Assembly: GCA_942491145.1 (NCBI GenBank)
Contig: CALOBC010000038.1
Location: 34,130 to 98,129, forward strand
Length of the DNA: 64,000 nucleotides
Origin: Myxococcota bacterium
GTDB taxonomy: Bacteria > Myxococcota_A > UBA796 > UBA2385
Direction of reading: 5' to 3'
Shown: positions 9,596 to 19,394 of the stretch, piece by piece
How the letters are laid out: every line of letters begins with the position of its first letter
Position numbering within the stretch: the stretch's first letter is position 1
Made by a program: the position numbers and the translations under genes
The notes under the pieces: generated by a model
What the model was told of the DNA's origin: nothing
The model's input: the letters and a program-made list of their open reading frames with translations, nothing else
Database searches by the model: none

Positions 9596-9984
9596 AACTC
9601 GAGCTCACGCAGTCGCAGCGACATGCCCCGGGCGTAGGTCTTGTCGAGACGCAGGTTGTTCATCAGCGCTTCGAGCTCGCCGGCATCCAGCCAGATGCCC
9701 TTGCTGGACACGTCGATGTGCACGCCCTTGTACTCGACAATGCGCATCTTCTCGCCGGTCAGGGGGCAGACCAGCACCCGGTCGCGGTCGACAGGCGGGT
9801 TCTTCTCGCGGCGGAACAGGTCGGTCCACGGAAAGCCGCTCTTCGCGAAGCGTGCGGCCTCGGTGAGCTGGAACAGCTCCGTCTTGTCGAGGAAGATCCC
9901 GGTGCCGTTCGGGCACACGTCAATCGTGACCCCGTCCCGCTGTTCCTGGGTCATGTCGTTGCCGGTGATGGGGCTCTTGCGCAT
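9592..9984 (-). CDS. Tandem zf-TFIIB-like domain protein with degenerate Zn ligands
   Basis: Two repeats, GVTIDVCPNGTGIFLDKTEL and GVHIDVSSKGIWLDAGEL, match the PF13453 pattern; most Cys are lost. Confidence 0.75.
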   Translation of the reverse strand: MRKSPITGNDMTQEQRDGVTIDVCPNGTGIFLDKTELFQLTEAARFAKSGFPWTDLFRREKNPPVDRDRVLVCPLTGEKMRIVEYKGVHIDVSSKGIWLDAGELEALMNNLRLDKTYARGMSLRLRELEF

Positions 9985-10019
9985 GGGATTGCTCGCAGGT
10001 AAGGGGTTATACTGGTGCT

Positions 10020-11192
10020 TCAGGGGTAGAAGCCGCTATACGTCACGAGATCGCGGGACTCCACGGGGGAGCCGTCGTCCGCTTCGTCGACGGTCTTGAC
10101 CAGCCCGAGGCCACGCACGTACCAAGAAGTCGACAGGCCATCGCGGTTCAAGTAGCCGCCGGTGTCGGTCATGCTGTAGTCGTTTTCGACTTGGATGGCC
10201 GAGAAGGTGCCCGCAGACGTCGACACACTCACGGGGCCGACCACCGTGAAGGTGCCGCTGGCCGTCAGCTCGTTGTAGCCGAGGGTGTCGGTCGCCACGT
10301 ACGCGTAGGTCCAGCTGTTGCTGGCGATCAAGTCGCCTTCGGCCAACAGGTCGGTGCGGGATGTCGTGTAGGTGGTGGTCATCAGCGGAATGCCGCCCAG
10401 GACCAGGTCCCAGGTGCCCACGCTGATCTGGCCGGCGTCACACACGCGGGACTCGATCACATCAAAGGCGGTGCCCGCGAGGTCGTTGTAGTTGCGGTTG
10501 TAGGTGGCGACGCCGGTGCTCGCGTCCCACGCCGGCGTTGTGATGGTCTCGGAGTAGACCGTGCCCTCGAGGGTGGTGTCGAAGATCCGCGTGGCCGCCG
10601 CGCCGTTCTCCAGCGGGAAGAACGGGTTGCAGTGGCCGCCCTCGTCGACGTCGCCGTCGCAGTTGTTGTCGACCCCATCGACCACTTCGGGCGCTCCTGG
10701 GTAGGAGTTGGCATCGCCATCGTTGCAGTCTTCGCCCTCACACTCGGTGCCGTCAATGCCGTCGCCGTCGCAGTCACAGTCGTCGGAGACCTCGGAACAG
10801 TCGTTGTCGAGGCCGTCGTAGCAGACCTCACGAATGCCGGGTCGCACGTCCGGGTTGTCGTCGTCACAGTCTCCGGCTTCGACGGTCACCCCATCGCCGT
10901 CATTGTCGGTGTCGGCATCTGCATCGGCGTCCGCATCGGCGTCCGCATCGGCGTCTGCATCGGCGTCCGCATCGGCGTCTGCATCGGCGTCCGCGTCTGC
11001 ATCGGCGTCCGCGTCTGCATCCGCATCGGTGTCACTGTCGGCGTCCGCATCCGCATCGGCGTCCGACTCGACACCGGAGTCTTTGTAGAGCGATCCCACG
11101 TTGCCGCCGCCACAAGCGGACATCAGGAGGATGGCGGGCCACAGCAGCCGGGAGCTGCCAACGGGTGACAATGGCGAAGGGGACGGGGTCAT
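10020..11192 (-). CDS. Lipoprotein with (Ala-Asp)n linker, MopE-like putative metal-binding repeats and a beta-rich C-terminal domain
   Basis: Lipobox MSAC; [23 protein letters not shown] and [26 protein letters not shown]; C-terminal [13 protein letters not shown]...[10 protein letters not shown]. Confidence 0.8.
   Translation of the reverse strand: MTPSPSPLSPVGSSRLLWPAILLMSACGGGNVGSLYKDSGVESDADADADADSDTDADADADADADADADADADADADADADADADADADADADTDNDGDGVTVEAGDCDDDNPDVRPGIREVCYDGLDNDCSEVSDDCDCDGDGIDGTECEGEDCNDGDANSYPGAPEVVDGVDNNCDGDVDEGGHCNPFFPLENGAAATRIFDTTLEGTVYSETITTPAWDASTGVATYNRNYNDLAGTAFDVIESRVCDAGQISVGTWDLVLGGIPLMTTTYTTSRTDLLAEGDLIASNSWTYAYVATDTLGYNELTASGTFTVVGPVSVSTSAGTFSAIQVENDYSMTDTGGYLNRDGLSTSWYVRGLGLVKTVDEADDGSPVESRDLVTYSGFYP
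10911..11064 (-). repeat. Imperfect 6-bp tandem repeat encoding a poly-(Asp-Ala) linker
   Basis: GCATCG/GCGTCC units, in frame within the lipoprotein. Confidence 0.95.
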
Positions 11193-11345
11193 GGGGGCTC
11201 CGAGGCCTCTGGATGCAGCCACAGGTCCACGCGTTGCCTTGCAACGGCACCACGCATCCTTGGGGTTGCGGCCACTAACGCCCCAGCCGGCCGGCTTCAC
11301 GTCGGCTGCAATCACGGCGATGACCCCGCGAGGGGCCCACTGGGC

Positions 11346-11948
11346 TCAGTTCAGAGGCAGCGTTGGTGCGGCCATGCCTTCAGGCACAAATCGGGCCAAC
11401 ACACCGCTCAGGTCTTCCCGTCGGAAGGGCTTCGAGATGACCTCGTCGGCGCCCAGCTCCAACAGTCGGCTGCGCACCGGTGGGCTCACATGGGCCGTGA
11501 TGACCACCACGCCGGTGCCCTCGAAGGCGGACTCGGACCGGATGCGCCGGCACACCTCAAAGCCGTCCAAGCCTGGCATGACCAAGTCCAGGAAGACCAG
11601 GTGGGGGCGGAAGCTGAACAACATCGCGCCCGCCGCGAAGCCGTCGGCCGCAGTCTGGACCTTGAGGGCGGGGCCCAGGGTGTTCAAGTGGCGCTCGACA
11701 AGCTGGGTGTGCAGTGTGTCGTCGTCGATGATGGCCACGCGGTCCCGCCACGTGACCAGCCCCGGGGGGACCGGCATTCCGCGCCCGCGCATGAACGACA
11801 ACAGATCATCACGCGAGATGCGCCGGCGGCCGCCGCCCGTGAGGAAGCCGGGGAGCACCCCTGCATCCACCCAGCGCAGGACTGTCCTGGGGGAGACCCC
11901 GCAGTACTCGGCGACGTCGTGCGTGCTCAAGATGACGTTGGCTTGCAT
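11346..11948 (-). CDS. Response regulator with excisionase/MerR-like HTH plus REC domain
   Basis: LSTHDVAEYCGVSPRTVLRWVDAG..GGRRRI, then IIDDD, FLDLVMPG, ISKPF; true start at MQANV, not the 696-aa ORF. Confidence 0.9.
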   Translation of the reverse strand: MQANVILSTHDVAEYCGVSPRTVLRWVDAGVLPGFLTGGGRRRISRDDLLSFMRGRGMPVPPGLVTWRDRVAIIDDDTLHTQLVERHLNTLGPALKVQTAADGFAAGAMLFSFRPHLVFLDLVMPGLDGFEVCRRIRSESAFEGTGVVVITAHVSPPVRSRLLELGADEVISKPFRREDLSGVLARFVPEGMAAPTLPLN

Positions 11949-12089
11949 GTTTACCCATTGCGCCGCTCTGAATGGACGCGCTTGTTTCATTGGCCGCACC
12001 CCAACCATAGCCGTCCCCCCCGGGGTTCCGCATCCCCGAGCTGGATCTCGATTGCAAGGATTCTGTCTCAGCATTTCACCGTGACCTTG

Positions 12090-12107
12090 GTGCGGACTCA
12101 TCCGCAC
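12090..12107. promoter_or_regulatory. Perfect 7-bp inverted repeat in the divergent intergenic region (possible operator or hairpin)
   Basis: GTGCGGA-CTCA-TCCGCAC between the response regulator and PilZ genes. Confidence 0.3.
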
Positions 12108-12359
12108 TTCGGGCGAACCTTCGATCTTTGGTCTGCAGCCAGCCGGTCGTGGATCCGTTGTTGAAGGGTGAAGCTCCCGCAGTTCGCGGGCGTGTGCCAC
12201 CGACCTCTTTTCCTGATCCGTGCGCAGCAGCTCTGCCGTGGCGGCATGTGCACCTCGCTCTGAACATCCCCCTTGTTTCGCGGTGGGTGGGCGCTGAGGT
12301 GGGCCACATGGCGGGCCGATGTGGACCTGCCGGGCGGAAACCTGAACTGGAGAGCCCCA

Positions 12360-14324
12360 ATGGTCCAGCGGAGTGATGTTGTGGGACAGCCCAACCCGAC
12401 GCTGGAACCCTTCGCGGCGTTCTTGGAAGCGCGGGTGCAGACGTCGGTGGAGACCACGCTGGTGGAGCTGGTGGACGGCTGCCTGCGCCTGCGTGGCCCC
12501 CTGGCCCTTCGGGGTGCCACACTCGACGAGATTGAAGAGTTGGACGCCATTTCCGGCGGAGTGCGGCTGCGTGTGCGGGACACCGTCATGGAGCTCCGGG
12601 GCTGTGGCGCGGCCTGCCTCGGGATGTTGTTGGCGTCGGCCTTGCCGGGGCGGTTTCCGACCTTTCCAGGGATCGATCTGGAGGCGGGCGAGCGTGTCTT
12701 GGCAGGTGGCCCGGCCCAGCTGGGCAAGGATGGCGTGTTGGAGGGCGTTGTGGTGCTCTCCAGCTCGCGTTTGCGCTCCTTCATCTGGCCGCCGGATCCC
12801 TTTGCGACAGGCCCGCAAGCGGCCCATCTCGAGCTCCGGCGGGGCACCATCGTGCGCTGTTGGTCCGATTGTGGGCCCGAGACCGTCCATGTGGACGGCG
12901 GCGCTGGGCACGTCCACACGTTTGTGGGTCCGGCTGCTGCGCTGATCCACCTGGGCCTGATTGGACCGGCGGTGCCGTTGTTGGCGCTGGTCGCGACCCG
13001 TGTGCTGGGCTTGGTCGGTGTGCCGGGACTGTTGATGCTCGGCGACCGTGAGCTGGTGCACATTCCCACGGGGGCCCTCGACAAGCTGCCCGGTGTGGGC
13101 CCGGTTCGAGTGGCCCTGCCGGATGTGGCGGAGGTGACCGCTGCGGGGGCCTCCGATGGGGGCATGGTGACGGTGGCCAGCCCAGCGGGTCGCATGCGCT
13201 TTCGGGTGCCCGTGATGCGGGTGTTTGCCAGCTTGCTGCGAGAGCGCATGGAGCAAGATCTGGAGGGCGCGGTGGTGGTCCGCAAGCCGACGGCACCGCC
13301 CCCGAAGGTGGATGCAGATGCGGAGGACGGCGAACCGGCAGAGGTGGCGGCCCCCGTGGATCTGGCGGTCTCGGGCGCCTGTCTCACCGTGGCGCGGGGC
13401 CAGTGGCGCTTCGGCACGTTGGTGCTGCGGCAGCACGCGGTCCTGTTCCAGCCGCGCCCGGGCGCGGAGTCTGGCGTCATTCGGATACCGGTGTCAGTTG
13501 TAACCCGTACTCGTGCCGGACCCCAGAGCTTGCTGCTGCGGTCCGCGGACCGGCGGCTGCCCTTCTTCGTGGCCGACGTGGCCTTTGTGGACCGGTACTG
13601 GGCGGATGCCCGCACACCGGACCGGATCTACACCCCGAAGGACCAGAATTCGCGCATCATGCGGCGCATCTCGGGGGTGCAGCGCATGGTCAAGGTCTGG
13701 GCTGGCGACGACCTGTACCTGTCCGAGCTGGAGGTGCCGGTGCGGCTGGGCGAGCTGGGCGTGTCGCTGCGGCTGCCGGGCCGGTTTCAGGATGCGCCGG
13801 AGCCGGGCACCCTCATCCGCGTGGAGGTGTTTCACGCTGACGGCATCTTTGAGTTCACCAGTCGCTTGGAGGCCCGCCAGGTGGGCACACCCGACCCCTC
13901 TCGCGGGGAGGTGGGCGCCCGACACGCGCTGGTGCTGGACATGCCGACCACCGTGCGACGGTTCGACAAGCGCCAAGACCGCCGGCTGCAGGTCTATGCA
14001 CCGATGCGGATCGCACGGAAGCAAGTGCCCGAGGGCGGCCGCCAGCTCTTGCTCGGCTTGACCCACAACATCTCCCCGGGAGGCTGCGCCTTGCAGACCC
14101 GGACCCCGCTGGAAGTGGGTGAAGACCTTTCGTTTGTGGTGATGCTGGAAGACGAGCTGCTGGAGTTTGAGGGTGAGGTCATCCGCAAAGCATCCGACCA
14201 TGGGCTGTGGGGCATCCGGTTCACGGAGGTGTCGGGAATCAGCCTGACACGGCTGCTGCGGTACGCCCGAGAGCAAGAGCGCGAGGCCCTCGCCCGGGAC
14301 CGCAACGAAGACACCCTGTTGTAG
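12360..14324 (+). CDS. PilZ domain protein with N-terminal PH/GRAM-like beta domains
   Basis: RQDRR (RxxxR) and NISPGG ([D/N]xSxxG) c-di-GMP motifs, preceded by a YcgR-N-like segment (GIFEFTSR); GGAG upstream of ATG 12360. Confidence 0.8.
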   Translation: MVQRSDVVGQPNPTLEPFAAFLEARVQTSVETTLVELVDGCLRLRGPLALRGATLDEIEELDAISGGVRLRVRDTVMELRGCGAACLGMLLASALPGRFPTFPGIDLEAGERVLAGGPAQLGKDGVLEGVVVLSSSRLRSFIWPPDPFATGPQAAHLELRRGTIVRCWSDCGPETVHVDGGAGHVHTFVGPAAALIHLGLIGPAVPLLALVATRVLGLVGVPGLLMLGDRELVHIPTGALDKLPGVGPVRVALPDVAEVTAAGASDGGMVTVASPAGRMRFRVPVMRVFASLLRERMEQDLEGAVVVRKPTAPPPKVDADAEDGEPAEVAAPVDLAVSGACLTVARGQWRFGTLVLRQHAVLFQPRPGAESGVIRIPVSVVTRTRAGPQSLLLRSADRRLPFFVADVAFVDRYWADARTPDRIYTPKDQNSRIMRRISGVQRMVKVWAGDDLYLSELEVPVRLGELGVSLRLPGRFQDAPEPGTLIRVEVFHADGIFEFTSRLEARQVGTPDPSRGEVGARHALVLDMPTTVRRFDKRQDRRLQVYAPMRIARKQVPEGGRQLLLGLTHNISPGGCALQTRTPLEVGEDLSFVVMLEDELLEFEGEVIRKASDHGLWGIRFTEVSGISLTRLLRYAREQEREALARDRNEDTLL

Positions 14325-14470
14325 CTCGGCGCCGATCAGATCGGCGTGTGGGTGGGTGGACTGGCCCCTCCTGGGTCGCCGAGCTGAGCTCGATCCAGCG
14401 CGGCTGCCGGATGGCACTGGGCGCTGCTTCCCTCGAGGCCATCGGAAGGGGTCACGTCACCCCTCCAGGT

Positions 14471-15793
14471 TCAGTCCGGCAGGGGGAGGATCCACGGGGC
14501 GTGGGTCCATGAATGGCGGGCCTGGCGGGACAGATCCACCGTCGGGTCGATGAGCGGCGCGGGCGGTCGGCCGTTCAAGGACACCCGGTGGTCGACGTAC
14601 ACCGCGATCGTGTGCCCTTCGGCTTCAGCGTTGGTCCTCAGTCGCTTGGCGAGCAGCCAGATCATGTCGGGTTGGCCGATGATGGTGAGGCGCTGACGGT
14701 CCGAGAGCACGGCGCGCACATCGACCTCGGTGCTGTCGCCGCTGGTGAGGTCCACCGCGCGGAAACCCAGGGTGCCTCGCTTGGTGCGGAGCATCATTCT
14801 CCACGCGAACCGGTGGCCTTCTTCCGTCCATGACGGGCGCCCGGGGTAGGCGAGGTGCCGCAGGGGGACGACCACCTGAACGCCGATCCACAGGGCAGTT
14901 CCGGCGACGATGGCACGCGAAGGGGCTGCGCCCCGGACTGGAGCATGGGGGGCCCACCGGAGCACCCGCCGGGGCCAGCCCGGGTCGAGGAAGAGCAGAT
15001 GGGCGGCAAGCATCACGAGCGGGAAGATGCCAATGCGGAACAGCACGCCGTTGACGACGTGAAAGGCGCTGAGCGCAAGGATGGCGCCCATGCGCAGCCT
15101 CTTGGACAACAGCGCTGGGGCAACCAGCAAGTCCAGCACCAGCCCGGCGGCACTCATGGCCATGGCGGTCGGCGCCCACGCGAGCCAGGGGCCCACCCCA
15201 GGCCAGTCTTGACGGGCGTCGAGCCACATGCCGAGCGGCTGCCCGCTCAACCAGTCGGGGTTCAGCTTGGCCAGCCCGGCGAAGACATAGACCAGCACGA
15301 TGGAGATGCGCAGCATCCACAGACCGTGGGCCCGGGCCGGCGGTGGGGGGCTTCTCCAGCGGCGGTCGAGGCTGAGCACATGGTCGCAGGGGCTCAGCGC
15401 GAGCTCAACGCAGACCATGACCAGCAACACGTCGTGGTTGAGGTAGGCGGCTTGGTCCAGCAACAACAACCAGGCCAGCACCCCGGCGGTGAGACCGAGG
15501 GCGATCCGGGCGCCCAAGCCGAGCGCAATGGCGATGCCGAGGGCGGAGAGGCCCAGGTGGACGAGCACCATCGCGGCCAGGGACAAGGGCCGGAGGGCGT
15601 CGAGGTGGGGGTAGGGAAACGGCGGGAACGCCGGATCGTAGAGGGAGGCGATGCCCCCGCTGGCGATGATGCCCAGCGGCGCGACGGTCAGCAGCACGCC
15701 GAGCATGATCCGAAACACCGCAAGGGATGCGGGATCGAGTGGCCCACCGATGTTCTGCTCGATGGCGCTGGCGGTGGTGGAGACGTGCGACAT
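14471..15793 (-). CDS. HTTM domain protein, vitamin K-dependent gamma-glutamyl carboxylase homologue
   Basis: SLAVFRIMLG, YLNH, CDHVLSLD, YVFAGLAKLNPDWLSG, FRIGIFP, WTEEGHRFAWRMML; start at MSHVS. Confidence 0.88.
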   Translation of the reverse strand: MSHVSTTASAIEQNIGGPLDPASLAVFRIMLGVLLTVAPLGIIASGGIASLYDPAFPPFPYPHLDALRPLSLAAMVLVHLGLSALGIAIALGLGARIALGLTAGVLAWLLLLDQAAYLNHDVLLVMVCVELALSPCDHVLSLDRRWRSPPPPARAHGLWMLRISIVLVYVFAGLAKLNPDWLSGQPLGMWLDARQDWPGVGPWLAWAPTAMAMSAAGLVLDLLVAPALLSKRLRMGAILALSAFHVVNGVLFRIGIFPLVMLAAHLLFLDPGWPRRVLRWAPHAPVRGAAPSRAIVAGTALWIGVQVVVPLRHLAYPGRPSWTEEGHRFAWRMMLRTKRGTLGFRAVDLTSGDSTEVDVRAVLSDRQRLTIIGQPDMIWLLAKRLRTNAEAEGHTIAVYVDHRVSLNGRPPAPLIDPTVDLSRQARHSWTHAPWILPLPD

Positions 15794-15846
15794 GGGGGTG
15801 TGGGCGGGTATCTTGGCGGTCGATGCGGCGCACTGGGACCCGGCGC

Positions 15847-17979
15847 TCACCAAGATGCGGCGGCACCCTCCATCAAGAACAGGGAGCCCGTCGAGCCCGC
15901 GCCGCTGGCACCCAGCCAGAAGTCGGCCAGGCCGTCGCCATTCGTGTCGCCGGCCGCGGCCATCCCCCGCCCCAGATAGTCGTATTGGTCGGCACCCTGG
16001 ATGATCAGGTCCGCCTCGTCCGGCACGGTGCGGGTGCCCCCGTCGACGCTGCCCAAGATGCCGTAGACCCGGCCCACTTCGAGCTGGTCGCCGTCGTCCC
16101 ACTTGTGGGTGGTGACGAAGACGTCCGCCAGCCCATCGCCCGAGACATCGCCGAAGGCCCCGAGGTAGCGGCCCGTGTCGTGGTCGATGGTGGTGCCGAT
16201 GATGCGCCAGTGGGCGTCGCTCAGCGCGAGGTTGTCCCCGACGGTGCCCGAGCCCAGCGCCACATAGGCTGCCCCGGCATCCTCCAGGTCCAAGCCACCG
16301 TGGTCATAGCTGGGCGCACCGATGAGCACGTCATCATAGCCGTCCCCGTTGACGTCGCCGGCCCCCCGCAGCGCCGTCCCTGCCCGCTCCTGTTCTTCGA
16401 CCCCGTAGAACATGGGCATCTCTTCGAGGACCACAGGGTCCGCAAAGTCCTGGGCGGGGACCCTGTAGATCTCTCCACCGTTGCTGGTGGCATAGTCGGC
16501 GTAGGGCGCGCCGAGAACAACGTCCAGTGCGCCATCTCCGTCCATGTCACCGGCGGCCGCCATGCTGTAGCCGAGCTGGTCGTAGCTGGAGATGGCGTTC
16601 GTCACGACCATGTCGGCTTCGGTGCCCCCACCGGGAATCAACGTCACCGAGCCTTGGCTGGGACCCACCCGGTCGTCCCGGCGGGCGGACACCAGCACAT
16701 CGTCGAGGCCATCGCCAGTGACATCGCCCACGGCTACGCTGTCGTAGCCCCAGTAGGCATCGGTGTGGGAGAAGGTCGACGTGAACAGCGCGGCGCCGAC
16801 GGTCGTGCTGTTGTCGTCGGTGGAGAGGATGTAGACCTCACCGGTCTTGCTGTGGCTGTCGGGGGCGCCCACCACAAAGTCCTCGATGCCATCACCGTTC
16901 CAGTCGCCGATGAAGTTGAGCGCGTAGCCAAAGGCCCCATCCACGGCGGATCCGGTCCAGGTGCGCACCAGCGGCTCGTCCGGCCACTGGGTGCGGTCCC
17001 CCACGCCCACCGAACCGGGGAAGTACCCCACCCGGCCTTCGTCGAGGAGGGCTGCGGCCGGCGCGCTGACCAACACCTCGTGAATACCGTCGCCATCGAC
17101 ATCCTTGCTGGCCATGAACATCGAAAACGAGCCGTTGTCGAAGCCGATCCAGCCGCCCAGCATGTCTTCGGCGAGCACCACGTCGGGGGTGCCATCGCAG
17201 TTGCTGTCCACGGGGTCGTTGTAGTCGAGCCGGTGGGGGTGGATGTTGGGGTCGGTGTCGTCGCAGTCGCCAGACACCGCGGCCCCCTCGGGCAAGCTCG
17301 GGCAGAACAGGCCGATCTCGACGTCGGTGCCATACTCGTCGCCGTCGAGGTCCTGGTAGAGCGGAAGCTGGCTGAAGGGGTCGACGTCGTCGTCCTCGTC
17401 GTCCACCAGCCCGTCGCAGTCGTTGTCGATCGCGTCGCAGACCTCGTCGGCCGCCGGGTGGCGCAGCCAGTCTGTGTCGTCGCAGTCCGTGCCCTCGGGC
17501 ACCGCGCCGGTCACGTCCCCACACGCATCGATGGCTGCGCCGGGATCGCCCGCACCATCGCCATCTTGGTCGAGGTACCAGACCGCGCCGGGGTAGCGGG
17601 TGCTGTCGAGGTCATCGCAGTCGCCGTCCGTGGTCAAGTGGCCCATCGGGCGCAAGCACCCGGTCACCGCAGCGGCGCCATCCCCCAGGCCGTCGCCGTC
17701 GCCGTCGGGGTACCAGACTTGGCCGGGATGCTGCTCGGGATCGGTGTCGTCGCAGTCGTCGGCGTTGCTGGTGAAGCCCTCGGGCACGGTGCAGGACTGG
17801 GCCACGACGAAGGGATCACCCGCGCCGTCCCCGTCGGCATCGGCGTAGAAGCTGGACGGGGTGCACGGGGAGTCGTCGGTGGTCGGGTCCTCGGTTGTGG
17901 CCTTGCCGGAGTCGGTCCCACAAGCCGTCGTTCCGAGGGCCACTGCCCCCAGTGTGACCATCCAGAGTGCGCTGTTCAT
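15847..17979 (-). CDS. Lipoprotein with MopE-like repeats and FG-GAP (integrin-alpha-like) propeller
   Basis: Lipobox TTAC; repeated WYxDxDGDGxG...DCDD units; repeated GDxxGDGxxDhhhGAP motifs. Confidence 0.88.
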   Translation of the reverse strand: MNSALWMVTLGAVALGTTACGTDSGKATTEDPTTDDSPCTPSSFYADADGDGAGDPFVVAQSCTVPEGFTSNADDCDDTDPEQHPGQVWYPDGDGDGLGDGAAAVTGCLRPMGHLTTDGDCDDLDSTRYPGAVWYLDQDGDGAGDPGAAIDACGDVTGAVPEGTDCDDTDWLRHPAADEVCDAIDNDCDGLVDDEDDDVDPFSQLPLYQDLDGDEYGTDVEIGLFCPSLPEGAAVSGDCDDTDPNIHPHRLDYNDPVDSNCDGTPDVVLAEDMLGGWIGFDNGSFSMFMASKDVDGDGIHEVLVSAPAAALLDEGRVGYFPGSVGVGDRTQWPDEPLVRTWTGSAVDGAFGYALNFIGDWNGDGIEDFVVGAPDSHSKTGEVYILSTDDNSTTVGAALFTSTFSHTDAYWGYDSVAVGDVTGDGLDDVLVSARRDDRVGPSQGSVTLIPGGGTEADMVVTNAISSYDQLGYSMAAAGDMDGDGALDVVLGAPYADYATSNGGEIYRVPAQDFADPVVLEEMPMFYGVEEQERAGTALRGAGDVNGDGYDDVLIGAPSYDHGGLDLEDAGAAYVALGSGTVGDNLALSDAHWRIIGTTIDHDTGRYLGAFGDVSGDGLADVFVTTHKWDDGDQLEVGRVYGILGSVDGGTRTVPDEADLIIQGADQYDYLGRGMAAAGDTNGDGLADFWLGASGAGSTGSLFLMEGAAASW

Positions 17980-19331
17980 CGGCTCTCCAGCAGGGACAGC
18001 ACCGGGTCGGCGCGATAGTCAGCGACGTCGTCCTCCACCCCGATGCTGTGGAGCAGGCTGCGGGCGATGTGTTCATTCGTGAGGACTTCACCCGATGCCG
18101 CCACGGTGCCCGTGGAGAGGTCCACCGGCTGGGCTTGCATGCCGAGATCGGTGGTCCTGCCGATGATCTGGCCGCCCCGGATGCCGCCGCCCAGCAGCAC
18201 CATCGCGTTGACAAGGTTGTGGTCTCGGCCGCCATTGCTGTTCAAGGCCGCTTCCCGGGCGAACTCGCTGAGGCAGACGATGGTCGTGTGGTCCAGCCAA
18301 TTGTCGCCGGCATCCCCAAAAAATGGTGTGGCGGCGAGCTGGGTGGCGAGGGCGGCCACACTGTCGAAGCCTGCGCGCAAGTTGGGCCCATGGTCGCTCT
18401 GCCACTGGGCGCCGGCGTGGGTGTCCAGATCGCCGGTGGCCTCGAAGCTCACGCACCTCGACACGCCGTGGGTGAGCGCTTGGGCGGCCATCAAGGCCCG
18501 GGGACCCCCTTCGCCGGTGGTGCCCGAGTCCACGCCGAAGACTTCCCGCAAGGTCCGCATCTCGGCGCTGGCGGCGCTCAGGTCGAAGGTGGCCGCGATG
18601 TCGAGGTCGACGATGCTCCGGGCCGTCCGCCGATTGGCATAGATGTCGAGGGCACGGGGGGAGCTCGTGCGTGACTCCTGATTGGCGAAGAAGGCTTCCA
18701 GAGCAGCCCTCTGACCCTCGCCCACCGTCGTCGCGCCCGGGGAGAGCGCCTCGTAGAGGTCGTCCACCGACTCGGTGCCCAGGCCTGACGCCCAAGACGG
18801 GTGGCCCAAATTGAAGGACGGCATGCCACACACCAGGTTGGGGATCGGCTCGGACTCCCCCAGCAGTGCGGCCAGCAGCGTGGCCACCGACGACGCCCGG
18901 ACGGACGTGCCGGCGGGCTGCACACCGGTGAAGGCGTGGCGGCGGGCGACCTCGTGGGCAACGGAGCCCATCGTCATGCCCCGGACCACCGCGAGGCGGC
19001 TGGCGTGCTGGGCGAGATCCCCGATGAAGGGGCCGAAGGTCATGCCGGGCACGTCGGTGTCCACCAGCCAGTTGGCGGGATCGAGGTTGTCGACGGTGTC
19101 GTAGGCGGGCTCAATGCCGGTGTCGGCCCCCCGGCCGGTGGGGAAGTCGTCGGGGCTGCGGGGATCGAGGCCCAGCAGCATGTCCCAGCCGCCCTGAAAG
19201 TAGGCGAACACAAAGTAGCGGTCGGTCACCGTGGGCGTGGCCGCGCGCAGCCGCCGGGGAAAGCCACCGAGGCCGGCCAGCAGCCCACCGCCGGCCGCCA
19301 GCTCCAGGAATGTGCGTCGGGGGATGTGCAT
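17976..19331 (-). CDS. DUF1501 domain protein with Tat signal
   Basis: PRRTFLELAAGG twin-Arg signal; YFQGGWDMLLGLDP, DLDTH, LSEFARE, GGRDHN, LLGGGIRGGQIIG. Confidence 0.85.
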   Translation of the reverse strand: MHIPRRTFLELAAGGGLLAGLGGFPRRLRAATPTVTDRYFVFAYFQGGWDMLLGLDPRSPDDFPTGRGADTGIEPAYDTVDNLDPANWLVDTDVPGMTFGPFIGDLAQHASRLAVVRGMTMGSVAHEVARRHAFTGVQPAGTSVRASSVATLLAALLGESEPIPNLVCGMPSFNLGHPSWASGLGTESVDDLYEALSPGATTVGEGQRAALEAFFANQESRTSSPRALDIYANRRTARSIVDLDIAATFDLSAASAEMRTLREVFGVDSGTTGEGGPRALMAAQALTHGVSRCVSFEATGDLDTHAGAQWQSDHGPNLRAGFDSVAALATQLAATPFFGDAGDNWLDHTTIVCLSEFAREAALNSNGGRDHNLVNAMVLLGGGIRGGQIIGRTTDLGMQAQPVDLSTGTVAASGEVLTNEHIARSLLHSIGVEDDVADYRADPVLSLLESR

Positions 19332-19394
19332 GGGGGCCTCATGCTGGGGGAAGCGCACCACTCGTCGGACCGCCCGGGGGGCCACCGACGAGGG

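Noticed and set aside
14330-14346. Hairpin CGCCGATC-A-GATCGGCG after the PilZ stop as an intrinsic terminator
   Set aside because: No U-tract on either strand, so it cannot be called a terminator
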